Shown here: positions 1-12,498 of the stretch, one piece after another
Layout: the number at the start of each line of letters is the position of its first letter
How positions within the stretch are numbered: position 1 is the first letter of the stretch
From: Eledone cirrhosa
Taxonomy: Eukaryota
Length of the DNA: 64,000 nt
Direction: 5' to 3'
Assembly: GCA_964016885.1 (NCBI GenBank)
Contig: OZ024761.1
Location: forward strand, 20,832,001-20,896,000
Program-made: the position numbers and the translations under genes
Notes under the pieces: model-generated
What the model was told of the DNA's origin: nothing
Databases searched by the model: none
Seen by the model: only the letters and a program-made list of their open reading frames with translations

Positions 1-484
1 TGGACTGGAGTAATGTGAAGTAAAGTGTCTTGCTCAAGGACACAGTGGACTGGATCTATGTGAAATAAAGTGTCTTGCTCAAGGACACAGTGGACTGGAT
101 CTATGTGAAGTAAAGTGTCTTGCTCAAGGACACAGTGGACTGGAGTAATGTGAAGTAAAGTGTCTTGCTCAAGGACACAGTGGACTGGAGTAATGTGAAG
201 TAAAGTGTCTTGCTCAAGGACACAGTGGACTGGATCTATGTGAAGTAAAGTGTCTTGCTCAAGGACACAGTGGACTGGATCTATGTGAAGTAAAGTGTCT
301 TGCTCAAGGACACAGTGGACTGGATCTATGTGAAGTAAAGTGTCTTGCTCAAGGACACAGTGGACTGGATCTATGTGAAGTAAAGTGTCTTGCTCAAGGA
401 CACAGTGGACTGGATCTATGTGAAATAAAGTGTCTTGCTCAAGGACACAGTGGACTGGAGCAATGTGAAGTAAAGTGTCTTGCT
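1..484. repeat. 45-bp tandem satellite (about 11 units, cut by the window edge) derived from a CORE-SINE segment
   Basis: Unit TGGACTGGA(G/T)..ATGTGAAGTAAAGTGTCTTGCTCAAGGACACAG is the reverse complement of the SINE segment TGTGTCCTTGAGCAAGACACTTTATTTCACATTGCTCCAG at about 8974-9012. Confidence 0.9.
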
Positions 485-486
485 GA

Positions 487-630
487 ATCGGACAGGTCTA
501 GCTGTTGAAACGGCCGGAGCTCAGCTGTCGGGGTCCTGACTCTTTTCATATTACCCCCTCTACTACCCTAAGTATTGAGTACTCTGGTATGTTATGGTCC
601 ACCTGGTTCCTTACCACACTTCCTTTGTTT

Positions 631-632
<2 letters not shown>
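487..632 (+). mobile_element. TA-tract-associated repeat carrying the 3' half of a hammerhead motif (family also at 42850-43120 and 43690-43900)
   Basis: GAAACGGC..GCTGTC|GGGGTC followed by ...CCCTAAGTATTGAGTACTCTGG...CCTTACCACAC, shared with the other copies. Confidence 0.6.
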
Positions 633-686
<54 letters not shown>

Positions 687-722
687 TATATATACACATA
701 TATACACATATATGTATATATA

Positions 723-1064
723 TGTGGCTTAGTGGTTAGAGCATTGGCCTTGCAATCGAAAGGTTGTGAGTTCAATTCTCAGACCGGGTGATGTGTTGTT
801 TCCTTGAGCAAGACACTTTATTTTACATTGCTCCAGTTTACTCAGCTGTAGAAATGAGATGATAGGGACTGGGGTCCCTATCATTCCACTGCAAAGTGGT
901 CGTGGAGGTGCCACGCCCAAAAAGCACCCAGCACTCACTGTAAATGAGGTTGGTGTTAGGAAGGGCATCCAGCTGTAGAAATCAAGCCAGAATCAGTTCC
1001 CGTCCCACCCTTGCAAGCAGGGAAAAAGCGGACTTAAAATGAAATGATGATGATGATGATGATG
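723..1064 (+). mobile_element. tRNA-derived CORE-type SINE with (ATG)n tail
   Basis: A box TGGCTTAGTGG, B box GAGTTCAATTC, CORE-like CCTTGAGCAAGACACTTTA...CAGTTTACTCAGCTGTAGAAATG, and 3' tail AGGAAGGGCATCCAGCTGTAGAAA...(TGA)n. A near-identical copy lies at 8892-9209. Confidence 0.85.
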
Positions 1065-1107
1065 ATATATGTATATATATATGTATGTATATATATATAT
1101 ATGTATG

Positions 1108-1144
<37 letters not shown>

Positions 1145-1149
1145 GTATG

Positions 1150-1228
<79 letters not shown>

Positions 1229-1371
1229 GTATATATATGTATATGTATATATATATGTATATATATATGTATATGTATAAATATGTATATATATATGTAT
1301 ATGTATAAATATGTATATATATATATGTATATGTATAAATATGTATATATATATATGTATATGTATAAATA

Positions 1372-1404
<33 letters not shown>

Positions 1405-1587
1405 ATGTATAAATATGTATATATATATATATATATGTATATATATGTATATATATGTATATATATATATGTATATATATATATATGTATGTATATATAT
1501 GTATATATATATATGTATGTATATATATGTATATATATATATGTATATATATATATGTATGTATATATATGTATATATATATGTATG

Positions 1588-1621
<34 letters not shown>

Positions 1622-1677
1622 TGTATATATATATATATATGTATGTATATATATGTATATCTATATATATATGTATG

Positions 1678-1710
<33 letters not shown>

Positions 1711-1765
1711 GTATGTATATATATATATATGTATATATATGTATGTATATATATGTATATTTATA

Positions 1766-1814
<49 letters not shown>

Positions 1815-1822
1815 GTATGTAT

Positions 1823-1879
<57 letters not shown>

Positions 1880-1918
1880 TGTATGTATATACATACATAT
1901 ATATATATATATATGTAT

Positions 1919-1974
<56 letters not shown>

Positions 1975-2138
1975 ATACATACATATATATATATATATAT
2001 GTATCACCACCACCCCACTCCCAAGAGCGGGGAAACTAATAAACCTTTGTTCGTACTGCCTCTCTGTTTTGTTCCCGTTCAATTTTTTACTATGTATGTA
2101 TATACATAGATATATATATGTATATATATATATGTATG

Positions 2139-2169
<31 letters not shown>

Positions 2170-2586
2170 ATATATATATATGTATGTATATATATATATG
2201 TATGTATATATATATATGTATGTATATATATATATATGTATGTATATATATATATGTATGTATATATATATATGTATGTATATATATATATATGTATGTA
2301 TATATATATATGTATGTATATATATATATGTATGTATATATATATGTATGTATATATATACATATATATATATATGTATAGATATATATGTATGTATATA
2401 TATACATATATATATATATGTATAGATATATATATATATGTATAGATATATATATATATATGTATAGATATATATGTATATATGTATGTATATACATATA
2501 TGTATATATATATGTGTATATATATATATATAAATATATATATATGTATATATATATATATGTATCTATACCTATGTATATATATG

Positions 2587-2618
<32 letters not shown>

Positions 2619-2638
2619 CATATATGTATATATATATA

Positions 2639-2670
<32 letters not shown>

Positions 2671-2690
2671 CACACACATGTATGTATTAT
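1065..2690. repeat. (TA)n/(TATG)n compound microsatellite
   Basis: Directly visible, with a short unique island at about 2003-2090. Confidence 0.95.
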
Positions 2691-3322
2691 ATATGACATA
2701 CCAATCCTGGACTCCCAAAATTTAATGTCATTCAACACTATTACCCCCCCCCCCCACACACACACACACACCCCACACACACACACACACATACCCGCAC
2801 ACCACCCCAGGTCCGATAGTCAACAATAAAAATTACAAAACAAAAATACAAACAAAAAGAAATGGATGTAAAAAACATTAAAAGGAAACAAAAAAAAACA
2901 AAAGAAAGGACAAAGAATGTTGTTGTTTTTGTTGTTTTGTTGTAGATGAAAGGTTTTTTTTGTTTGTTTTTTTCATAGGAAAAAAAAATGTTGGTTTAAA
3001 GAATAAACTCTGATCTATTTAGCATTAATCAGTTCTAGCAGACTACAGAGGAGGGGAATATAGTATTTCAAATGATTCATGTTGGACTGATATTTACTTA
3101 AGAAAACTTCAACAACACCAACAACACCAGCAACGACAACAGCAACAACAACAACACCAACAACAACACCAACAACAACAACAACACCAACACCATCAAC
3201 AATAACTACCATAACTATGTCTTGCATTGTTATACAACCAGTGACATTTAAATATTTGTTTTCTTGCTAGTTTGCTTACTTTATGATTCTTCTGTGATGT
3301 GTGGACTTGAATATGATGAATA

Positions 3323-3365
<43 letters not shown>

Positions 3366-3389
3366 TAACATATACATATATATATGTAT

Positions 3390-4295
3390 ATCATCATCAT
3401 CATCATCGTTTAACGTCTATCTTCCACGCTAGCATGGGTTAGACGGGTTTGTCCCACTTGAGGCAAGATTGATTGGGTGACCATGTCTTGCTCGTATAGA
3501 ATTGTTTCTGGCAGGTTTTCTACGGCTGGATGCCCTTCCTAACACCAACCACATTTACAGTGTTCCCTACACGAGAACATTACAGCGTGGACTGTGTTTT
3601 TTTTTTTTTGTCGTGACACCTACACAACCTCTTTAGTTTGGACTGGATGTTGTGCTACCAACATAACTTTACAGAGAAAGGGGTGGTGTTGGTGGGAGTA
3701 GGAGGATGGAGTAGGGTTGGTGGGTTGGGGTGTATATTTGGTTTGGAGGGGCCTACTGACTGCAGGTTAACTTATATATATATATGTGTGTGTGTGTATA
3801 TGATCAACATATATGTAAAGTGGTTGTTTTGGTGTCATGACAAAAAGCACCCAGTTACACACTGTAAGGTGATCATTTTGGTGTTATGATAAAAAGTACC
3901 CAGTCCAAGCTGTAAGGTGGTTGGTGACAGGAAGAGCATCCAGCTGTAGAAAGCTTGCTAAACAAAGAGTTAGAAGGACCCTTCTATCATGTCAAGGATC
4001 TGACAACCTCTCTAGTGTTGGTGACCTACACGATAAACACACCCAGTACATGCTGTAAAGTGGTTGGTGGTTAGGAAGGGCATCCAGCCATAGGAATCTT
4101 GCCAAACAATGGGTTAGAAGGACCCTCAGTTGTGACAAAGGCATGACAACCTCTCCTGTACACTCGGTAGAACATGAGACCTTACATAATTGAGACAAAG
4201 ACCCCTGGCCTGTCTGGGAGATCAGTAGCCATCAGTAGCCATCACTTCACTTGGTCTATGTAGACCTGTCCAACCTTGGCTAGTGGAAGTTAAAC
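3390..4295. mobile_element. Cluster of SINE-tail family fragments in both orientations
   Basis: GGCTGGATGCCCTTCCTAACACCAACC on the minus strand (about 3525) and GGAAGGGCATCCAGC copies on the plus strand (about 3930, 4075). 3390-3770 is the inverse of 47785-48205, and 4200-4295 matches 55265-55365 and 60815-60920. Confidence 0.7.
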
Positions 4296-4329
4296 GATGA
4301 CATACAAGATACCAATTTTGATTTATAAC

Positions 4330-4373
<44 letters not shown>

Positions 4374-4700
4374 TCTCTCTCTCTCTGTCTATCACTCTGT
4401 CTTGTCTATCTCTCTATCTCTCTTTGTCTGCCCCTCTGTCTCTCTATGTCTTTGTCTCCCTCGTTGTCTATTTCTCTATCTATCCTTGAAACTTTTAACA
4501 TGATATTTTAGCCCCCCCCCCCCCCCCCCATTATATCAGCATGACTAAAACAGTCTGGTTGTTTGGAGACAAAAAATTCACATTAATTTTTAAAAAAACC
4601 AACTAAACGCTGTCCACAGAGAATGTCAACACATTTGCCATAAAATATGTTGGATATAAATCAAGTTTATATCCATGAATAGACATACAAATATACAAAA

Positions 4701-4702
<2 letters not shown>

Positions 4703-4778
<76 letters not shown>

Positions 4779-4948
4779 ATATATATATATATATATATAT
4801 ATATAAAGATATATATATATATATATATATATATAAAGATATATATATATATATATATATATAAAGATATATATATATATATATATATATATAAAGATAT
4901 ATATATATATATATATATAAAGATATATATATATATATATATATATAA

Positions 4949-4982
<34 letters not shown>

Positions 4983-5002
4983 ATATATATATATATATAT
5001 AT
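4703..5002. repeat. (TA)n array periodically interrupted by AAG
   Basis: Directly visible. Confidence 0.95.
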
Positions 5003-5316
5003 AAGGTATCAATTTTGATTTATAACCTTCTGAAATTACTAAAGGTTATGAAATAAGAATGTGTTTATGTACTGAATAAGAATACAGTGGTACTTCGGTT
5101 TACAAACTTAATTTGTATCTGACAGATAGATATCATCATAGTAACTAACTTCACAGTAAATGACACCCTTTCCCACCGATACTCCCAGCTTGTTGCCAAC
5201 CATTGTTGCCAGCTTGTGTGTTTGTTACTCAAGACACTGTTGGTCAACCGAGACATTTTATGTTCACAACAATTGTTCGTAAACTATTTTGTTTGTGATT
5301 AGAGGCATTCATAAAC

Positions 5317-5357
<41 letters not shown>

Positions 5358-5529
5358 GGGTGGGGGATAAACACCAGTTGCTTTCATTCTTCTTAACATT
5401 TGATTGTTTTCAAATTCTTATTTGCATATTTCTATGAATTGTTGTAACATTAGCTGAACTATTTCTTAATTTTTTCCTTGTTTCAGTGATGAAAGAAGTT
5501 GTATTATGACTATTAAAGTCTGAGAGACA

Positions 5530-6723
5530 ATGTCCGTACACAGTTTATCACCACCTGCCAAGAACAGACATGGATGTGATTCAAACTCATGTATTTCCTC
5601 TAACTCAGTGTTGGTTGATCCTAATTTGAACGAGTTGAGACACGGTTTAACTCCAGCCACCAGAAACAGACATGGGCGTGGTTCTAACTCAAACTCATCT
5701 ATTTATTCTAACTCGGTGTTAGTTGATCCTAACTCAAATGAGTTGAGACACGGTTTATCACCAGTAGCTAAAAATAGACACAGATATAATTCAAACTCAT
5801 CTATTTATTCTCATTCAGTGTTAGTTGATCCCAACTCAAATGAGGAGTTGAGACACGATTTATCTTCAGCTACGAGAAATGGACATGGCCTTGATTTGAA
5901 CTCATCTATTTATTCTAACTCAGTATTAGTTGATCCTGATTTAAACGAGGAGTTGAGACACAGTTTATCTAGTTCGCTCAGCTTTGGATCAAAACAATAT
6001 CTGGACAATGAAATCCTTCCCCAGATGTGCCGAACGATTAGGAAATTACAAAGAGATGTTGAATCTCAGAAGAAACGGAACCAGAGGTTACGTCTGGCTC
6101 AGTCGAGGGAGTTACATGCAAAAAAGCAAATTTGGGAGAAAGAAAAATGGCAGTGCTTACAAGATCTTGAAGGAAACTTGCTGGAAAACCAACAAGTTGA
6201 AGTAAATAATGTCATTGAACGACTCCGCAAAGAAAAAGATAACGAGCTATATGAAGTTTTGAAATATAAAGATGAAGAAGTTAAACAACTAAAGAAGCTT
6301 TTTACTCTCGAGAAAAAGGATTCCATTCAAATTGCGCTGGAGCTTGAGAAATCTAAAATTTTAGACTCTTTGGAAAACGTATACAACGAAGACATTTGTC
6401 GCCTAAGAACGGAAAATGAATTTCTACAAACTCAGATTCAGTCCCTGGGAGACGAATATTTTAATAAATGCTTAGAAAATGAAGAAAATCGGTGTCAATT
6501 GAATAATATCAAAGAAAGAATCCAGACTGAATTCCTGGATATTTTCCAAGGCAGCAACAAACTCGTTTCTCTTCGTTATTTGGACAAAATGAAGGATCTT
6601 GAAAAAATAATATTTGGAGGTCAAAGCGATCTGTATGTCCTTGATGACTGTAGCTATAGTCCTCGCCCGAACTGTTTTGGAAATCTGTCTGTGGGTGACG
6701 CACCAAGGAATTCCGAAACAATC
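5530..6723 (+). CDS. RIMBP2: First coding exon (398 codons) of a coiled-coil protein, RIMS-binding protein (RIMBP)-like N-terminus
   Basis: Long complex ORF. An in-frame TGA at 5521 precedes ATG 5530. Acceptor tttttccttgtttcAG ends at 5486 (UTR intron). Donor ATC|GTAAGT at 6724 is phase 0, so the ORF-track tail to 6822 is intron read-through. EKDNELYEVLKYKDEEVKQLKKLFTLEKKDSIQIALELEK resembles the recalled RIMBP N-terminal coil (EREAEIRQLLRWKEAELRQLQQLL type). The exon is well supported; the family name is tentative because no SH3/FN3 exons lie in the window. Confidence 0.75.
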
Positions 6724-6909
6724 GTAAGTTGTTTTATTTTTGTTGTTGTTGTTGTTATTACTTTGTATTGCGGTGAATTACAAATCAATATTTTAATGGC
6801 TGTCTTGGTAGTCTTGTGGTAAAATATGTTGTGAGGGGGTGGAGATCTTGGTCTTGTGGTGAAAGAAAAACTTACGGATGTATACATACATATATATATG
6901 TATATATTA

Positions 6910-7153
6910 TAGCCCCCACCCCCACTGTAAAGTGGACATGCAGGCGCCACAGAAAAAAGGCACACAGCACTCACTGTAAATGAGGTTGGTATTAGGAAGG
7001 GCATCCAGCTGTAGAAATCATGCCAGAATCAGTTCCAGTGTGAGCAAGACAAGGTCAGCTGACTGGACACTGCCCACAACAGGACAACCCGTCTAACCCA
7101 TGCTAGCGTGGAAGAACGGACGTAAAACGGTGATGATGATGATGATGATGATG
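6910..7153 (+). mobile_element. 5'-truncated SINE (3' tail family) with (TGA)n tail
   Basis: CACTGTAAAGTGG...AGGAAGGGCATCCAGCTGTAGAAATC...ACCCATGCTAGCGTGGAAGAACGGACGTAAAACGG(TGA)n, nearly identical to 31660-31886. Confidence 0.8.
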
Positions 7154-7369
7154 ATATATATATATATATATAGCGCTATGGTTGGGATTTTTCATCTCTT
7201 TCTCTCTGTCAGGTTTATAACTTCTATGGGTGACTCTGAGCCAATCCTCTGTGAAACACATGTAACAAGTTGATACACAGTAAAAGTCTAAATACATGTA
7301 AACAAAACTTCATCATTCTTATTAATATATATATGTGTGTGTATACACATACACACACACATATATATA

Positions 7370-7555
7370 CAGGTAAAATTACGTTATAACGAATACCATT
7401 ATAACAAATTTTTCAGTATAATGAAATGTTTTTCAATCCCCGGTGTAATAGCAAAGAAACGCTCGATTTGTTTCTGTCGATCTCGTTCTAAAAAATTTTT
7501 CATTTCAACGAATTTTATTTATATCCGGGAATTATGTTATAAAGAAATTTCACTG
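7370..7555. mobile_element. Tc1/pogo (Tigger-like) MITE
   Basis: Imperfect TIRs CAGGTAAAATTACGTTATAAC / GTTATAAAGAAATTTCACTG, flanked by TA on both sides. Confidence 0.7.
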
Positions 7556-7565
7556 TATATATATG

Positions 7566-8318
7566 CAGTGGTGGACTGGGTCTAAAAATATTAGTTGCCA
7601 GGAGATGACGGGGGCCCACCTACATATAGAATGCTATCATTTAATTTTTACAATGAATAAATAACATTTTCGAAAAAAACGTAAGTGGAAACAAAACAGA
7701 GCAATCAAATTTTTGTGGAAAAATATCTTACATATTTTTTATTGGAGAATTTATTTTGCGAAATCCAGGGACTTTCAATAATGACCAGAAGTTGACCCTA
7801 ACTATTACTAATAGCTCTAGGAACACATCTTTTTTAACTTTGATTTTGAAAGTAGGTTTATAATTATCAATTTTCATTATACTTCTGTAGATGTGTTGGT
7901 GGCCTAGTTGGGAGACTCACAGACGGTGGTGATCCAGGTCTGAAGTTCAATCCTGGTCGGGAGTAGAGTTCCTTTTCTGTTTTTTTTTCTATTGTAAAAT
8001 AAAAACTGAAAAAGGTTACATGTTGGCCAGGATTGAACCCAAGGCCAGCATCTCCACCATCTCCAGTACTTACCACTAGGCCACGGAGACAACTACATAA
8101 ATCTAATGAAAATTCATACTTATAAACCTACTTTCAAAGTGTTGTGGTGTCGTTCATGTCTTTCTTAATGTTATTGCTCCTACTTAAGGTCGACTTCTAA
8201 ATCATTTGGGTGTTCCATAAACTAGATCCTCGTTTTGTTTCACATCTATCTAGACTATATTTTAACCTGTAATCCATGTTTCATTTCTGTTCAGGGAAAA
8301 GCGGATGTAAAATGATGA

Positions 8319-8381
<63 letters not shown>

Positions 8382-8864
8382 TAGGTGTGTGTATGTGTGT
8401 ATCTATCTATATATACACCACCTTCACCACTAATTGATTTGACAGATGTCTTTAACCCATTGATACCAAATATTATTTGGTCAGTAGTTCGTGTGTAAGT
8501 ATATATATATATATATGCTTGTGTGTCTGTGTCTATATATGTATGTTTGCATGCATGAATGAATACACCAGGCTTTAGACTTAGTAGAATGTACAACCAC
8601 AGATTTCAGCTACTTACACTATCATATATTTTAGTTTCCAGTAATTCTCTGGGAAATTGGTTGACCAAATGTTTTGATTAATTGTTTTATTTATTTTAAA
8701 AAAATGTTATACTTTCTCTTAGATTTCAGGTATTTTTTGAAAGCAAAGCATTGGCCCCTAAAATACTACAGTGGGTCCTGCAATGCCACTGTGGGCTGTT
8801 ACAATGCTACCGTGGGCTCCCTAGGGCCCACTTGCCATTGGGCAACCTGGCCAGTTCACCACTG
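7566..8864. mobile_element. hAT-like non-autonomous DNA transposon with nested insertions
   Basis: TIRs CAGTGGTGGACTGG / CCAGTTCACCACTG (13/14 match) and subterminal GGGCCC motifs. The TSD is ambiguous because the element sits in TA repeats. Confidence 0.65.
7845..8138. mobile_element. Foldback element made of two convergent tRNA-like (A box/B box) units
   Basis: About 36-bp terminal inverted repeats TTTGAAAGTAGGTTTATAA.TAT.AATTTTCATTA. Plus unit: A box 7900-7911, B box 7942-7953. Minus unit: A box 8073-8083, B box 8030-8040. T-tracts lie on both strands in the centre. Confidence 0.7.
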
Positions 8865-8891
8865 TATATATATATATATATATGTATGTAT

Positions 8892-9209
8892 GGAGGCACA
8901 TGGCTTAGTGGTTAGAGCATTGGGCTTGCAATCGAAAGGTTGTGAGTTCAATTCTCAGACCAGGTGATGTGTTGTGTCCTTGAGCAAGACACTTTATTTC
9001 ACATTGCTCCAGTTTACTCAGCTGCAAAGTTCATTCCACTGTAAAGTGGTCGTGGAGGTGCCACGGCAAAGAAGCACCCAGCCCACACTGTAAATGAGGT
9101 TGGTGTTAGGGAGGGCATCCAGCTGTAGAAATCAAGCCAGAATCAGTTCCCGTCCCACCCTTGTAAACAGGGAAAAGCGGACGTAAAATGATGATGATGA
9201 TGATGATGA
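8892..9209 (+). mobile_element. tRNA-derived CORE-type SINE, near full length
   Basis: GGAGGCACATGGCTTAGTGGTTAGAGC head, B box, CORE-like domain, tail and (TGA)n. Confidence 0.85.
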
Positions 9210-9710
9210 GTGTGTGTATATCTTAGTGTGTCTGTCTCTGCCTGTGTGTGTGTATCTCAGTATGTGTCTGTCTCTGCCTGTGTGTGTGTATCTCAGTATG
9301 TGTCTGTCTGTGTCTCTGTGTGTATCTCTGTATGTGTCTGTCTGTGTGTGTAAGTGTGTATCTGTCTGTTTGTGTGTGTAAGTGTGTATCTGTCTGTTTG
9401 TGTGTGTGTATCTCAGTGTTTGTCTGTCTGAGTGTGTGTAAGTGTGTGTATCTCAGTGTGTGTATCCCAGTATGTGTCTGTCTGTGTGTGTGTGTGTAAG
9501 TGTGTGTATCTGTCTGTCTGTTTGTGTGTGTGTGTGTATCTCAGTGTTTGTCTGTCTGTGTGTGTGTGTGTAAGTGTGTGTATCTCAGTGTGTGTATCCC
9601 AGTATGTGTCTGTCTGTTTGTGTGTGTGTGTGTATCTCAGTGTTTGTCTGTCTGAGTGTGCGTAAGTGTGTGTATCTGTCTGTGTGTGTGTAAGAAATTG
9701 TGTGTGTGCA
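9210..9710. repeat. Degenerate (TG)n/(TCTG)n microsatellite
   Basis: Directly visible. Confidence 0.9.
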
Positions 9711-10180
9711 GACCTCTAAAAGGGAATTAACTCTGCCAGGTATACAGTGCCATTAAAACATCAGGAGTTACTCCCCCTTACCTATCTACACTAGCTGTCT
9801 TATAAACACATTAAATCCTACTTACTTAACACTTCGTAATTTCTGTTTTAAAAACTCAAAATTTATCAAATTTAATCCACAAACTGCTGCTACTTTTGTC
9901 ATTAATTTTTACCTGAACGTTTCCCAATAAATTTGCTAAAGATTCAATGCTGCTAGAGTTACTTCCCCTAGATAACCATCACTGTTTGATAAATAACTTA
10001 TTTACTTTTTTAGACTAAGTCACTAAATATATATAAAAGAAAGATTTTTTATTTTAATATGAAATCAAAATTCTTTTTTTTTCAGATACCAATTTTTTTA
10101 AAATTATCATATAATAAATATATAAGATTAAATAGAAGTACATACATAATTTTTGGTAGGAACATTATAAATTTAATATA

Positions 10181-10222
<42 letters not shown>

Positions 10223-10299
10223 TATATATACTTCCGTTAGTCTGTCATGGATTACTAGCTCTATACATACATGGCCCCGTAACTCTTGAATGAGTCGTA

Positions 10300-10610
10300 A
10301 GAGGCGCCATATTGACATATGGCATTTCTCGCGCATCTTTTTAAAGCCTGGCCGAACCCATCACCTCTCCAGGTCTGAACACAGAAGATTTCTTCCAGAG
10401 AAGGATATATGGAGAGAGAATGGAAGTGAGAAAGAAATATAGAAGAAGAATCAACCCCAGTACTTGACTGGTACTTTTTTTATCGACCTCAAATGAAGGA
10501 AAGATAAAGTTGACCTTGATGGGATTTGAACTCGGAGAGTTGAGAGCTGAAACTAATACCACAAATCATTCTATCCGACATTCTAACGACTCTGACAATT
10601 CTCCGCCATT
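10300..10610 (-). mobile_element. tRNA-derived SINE, second family (GCCTTTCATCC..GGTCGATAAAA..GTACCAG domain)
   Basis: The reverse strand reads GGCGGAGAATTGTCAGAGTCGTTAGAATGTCGG...GAGTTCAAATCCC...GTCGATAAAAAAAGTACCAGTCAAGTACTGGGG. Related copies lie at 31940-32235, 34550-34880 and 51655-51850. Confidence 0.8.
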
Positions 10611-10858
10611 TACTAGCTCAATACGGACGTTTAAATTGTTGAAATAGATAAATAAATGAACAAATAACAAACTTGTGTTAGCTGACATGTTATAGAGTAA
10701 ACTTGAAAGGAAATATCGTGAGCAACTCACAAGAATTAGACCGTAGAAGTTGGGCTGAACTGGAAAATATATTTAACTGTTGCTATAGAAATATTTATAT
10801 CATATCAATGGGGATAGGTTTCTTATGTAACTGTGTCTGATCTGGTATAGAAGAACAT

Positions 10859-11063
10859 TGTCCACCTGTTTACCTGTCCACCTGTTCACCTGTTTACCTG
10901 TCCACCTGTTCACCTGTTTACCTGTTCACCTGTTTACCTGTCCACCTGTTTACCTGTTCACCAGTTTACCTGTTCACCAGTTTACCTGTTCATCTGTTTA
11001 CCTGTTCATCTGTTTACCTGTTCATCTGTTTACCTGTTCATCTGTTTACCTGTTCATCTGTTT
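10859..11063. repeat. 8-bp minisatellite ACCTGT(T/C)(T/C)
   Basis: About 25 units, directly visible. Confidence 0.9.
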
Positions 11064-11154
11064 AGCCAACAAAGTGATCTTTTTCCTAAACTGTCACATT
11101 GAAAATTTTGTCATGTTTGCAAAGGTATGTAAGAACATAATTTAATACACAAGA

Positions 11155-11203
<49 letters not shown>

Positions 11204-11321
11204 TACACATACAGCAACAGTGACTCAACGCCTTGATTGGGATCAAATGTAGATTTATGGATTAGGGTTTTTTTTTCTTGAGTTCATGGATTTATAAGGA
11301 TCGGCTTAAATGTTCATAGGC

Positions 11322-11541
11322 TGACCAAATGAGGTTTATTTTTCAACATATTCCCCTGGAAAAAGTTGAAATTAATGTCATGCAAGATTTCACAGCTCTA
11401 GCATCACTCCTTCATAGTCACCCTATGACCAAGATACTCTCATGGAATGACCAAATGAGGTTTATTTTTCAACATATTCCCCTGGAAAGAGTTGAAATCA
11501 ATGTCATGCAAGATTTCACAGCTCTAGCATCACTCCTTCAT
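11322..11541. repeat. 126-bp-period local tandem duplication
   Basis: TGACCAAATGAGGTTTATTTTTCAACATATTCCCC...CACTCCTTCAT starts at 11322 and again at 11448. Confidence 0.9.
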
Positions 11542-12295
11542 TGTCATCTCATGAACATTTCTGCCAATCCTCATATTTATGTTCAAGCTAAGATAGTTGA
11601 CAGACTTAGTTACTTGTATCTCTTCCTCTTGATGGGATATTGTTCAGGTAACTAATCAATATCTTTCGTTAGTTACCTGTAATTAGAAAACAAACAAATA
11701 AACAAAAAAAAAAAAAACTAAGAAAACCCAATGGTTTCTTTGATTGTTAATAAATGTTATAAGTTGCTAGCAAAAACTAAAACATGTTTAGACTTGGAAA
11801 GGTCTTTCATGTCCACTTTTGACGTAGGTTGTTTTAAGTAAAACGTTGTACATATATTTCTCTTAATACTTTTATCCTCGGTAATAAGGTGATCCCTGCC
11901 CCCACCCCACCACTGTCGCAAGCACCCCTGGCCCCACCCACCACCACCATCGCCAAGAGGGTGGTGGTGGGGAAAGCATTGGATGACACCCCCTCCCTCC
12001 ATCCACTCCCACTCTATATATATATATATATATTTTTTTCAATTGTGTGTTCTCAAATTTAGAAACATTTACAGTGATTTACCGATTACACTCAGATATA
12101 AGATGACCCCACTATTTTATGTTTGAGAAACGGGCCAAAATAGAAACTTTATTTATGTAGAATTTGAAGCTGGTGAAAATCATCAAAATATTGACCCCAA
12201 ATATAAGCTGACCCCTACTATTTTATGTTTGAGAAATGGACAAAAATTCAAACCTTATTTATATAAAGTAATGTAAATGCTAAAGGATTAGATTC

Positions 12296-12498
12296 TACAT
12301 TTACTATTATATTTTCACGGTAAAGGCTTTACCTCACACAATTACTTCACATAATATCGAATCTATGAGATTTTGATATTATTTATTTTGAAAACAATAC
12401 CTTAACATCAGTATGATTGGCCAGTTACAGCTGGTTTGAACAGAAAGAGGTGAAAGAATTCTGGTCGGATATGGCTGGTTTAAATTCTAAAGGGTTAA
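12296..12498 (-). mobile_element. TTAA-flanked MITE family A, unexpanded copy (about 1 satellite unit)
   Basis: Ends ...GAATTCTGGTCGGATATGGCTGGTTTAAATTCTAAAGGGTTAA and is homologous to 52634-52998. Confidence 0.75.

Noticed and set aside
723-790. tRNA gene-like A/B boxes here and at 8892, 26574 and 50388
   Set aside because: They continue directly into CORE-SINE bodies and no complete cloverleaf is evident, so they are SINE heads.
982-2792. Long ORFs of YI/IY/VC/HT repeats here and at 13.6-15.2, 24.3-25.0, 27.3-27.9, 42.0-42.8, 57.9-58.7 and 62.9-63.6 kb
   Set aside because: They are translations of stop-free dinucleotide microsatellites, open in several frames on both strands.
6724-6822. 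Hydrophobic C-terminal tail of the 430-aa ORF (apparent TM helix)
   Set aside because: It lies after the GTAAGT donor at 6724 and is T/GTT-rich intron sequence.
11329-11655. 108-aa ORF with a 42-aa duplication
   Set aside because: Explained by a 126-bp local duplication, with no recognisable homology and no convincing exon boundaries.
12082-12260. Pogo/Tc2-like terminal motif (TATAAGATGACCCC and TATAAGCTGACCCC)
   Set aside because: No matching opposite terminus was found, and it is too degenerate to delimit.
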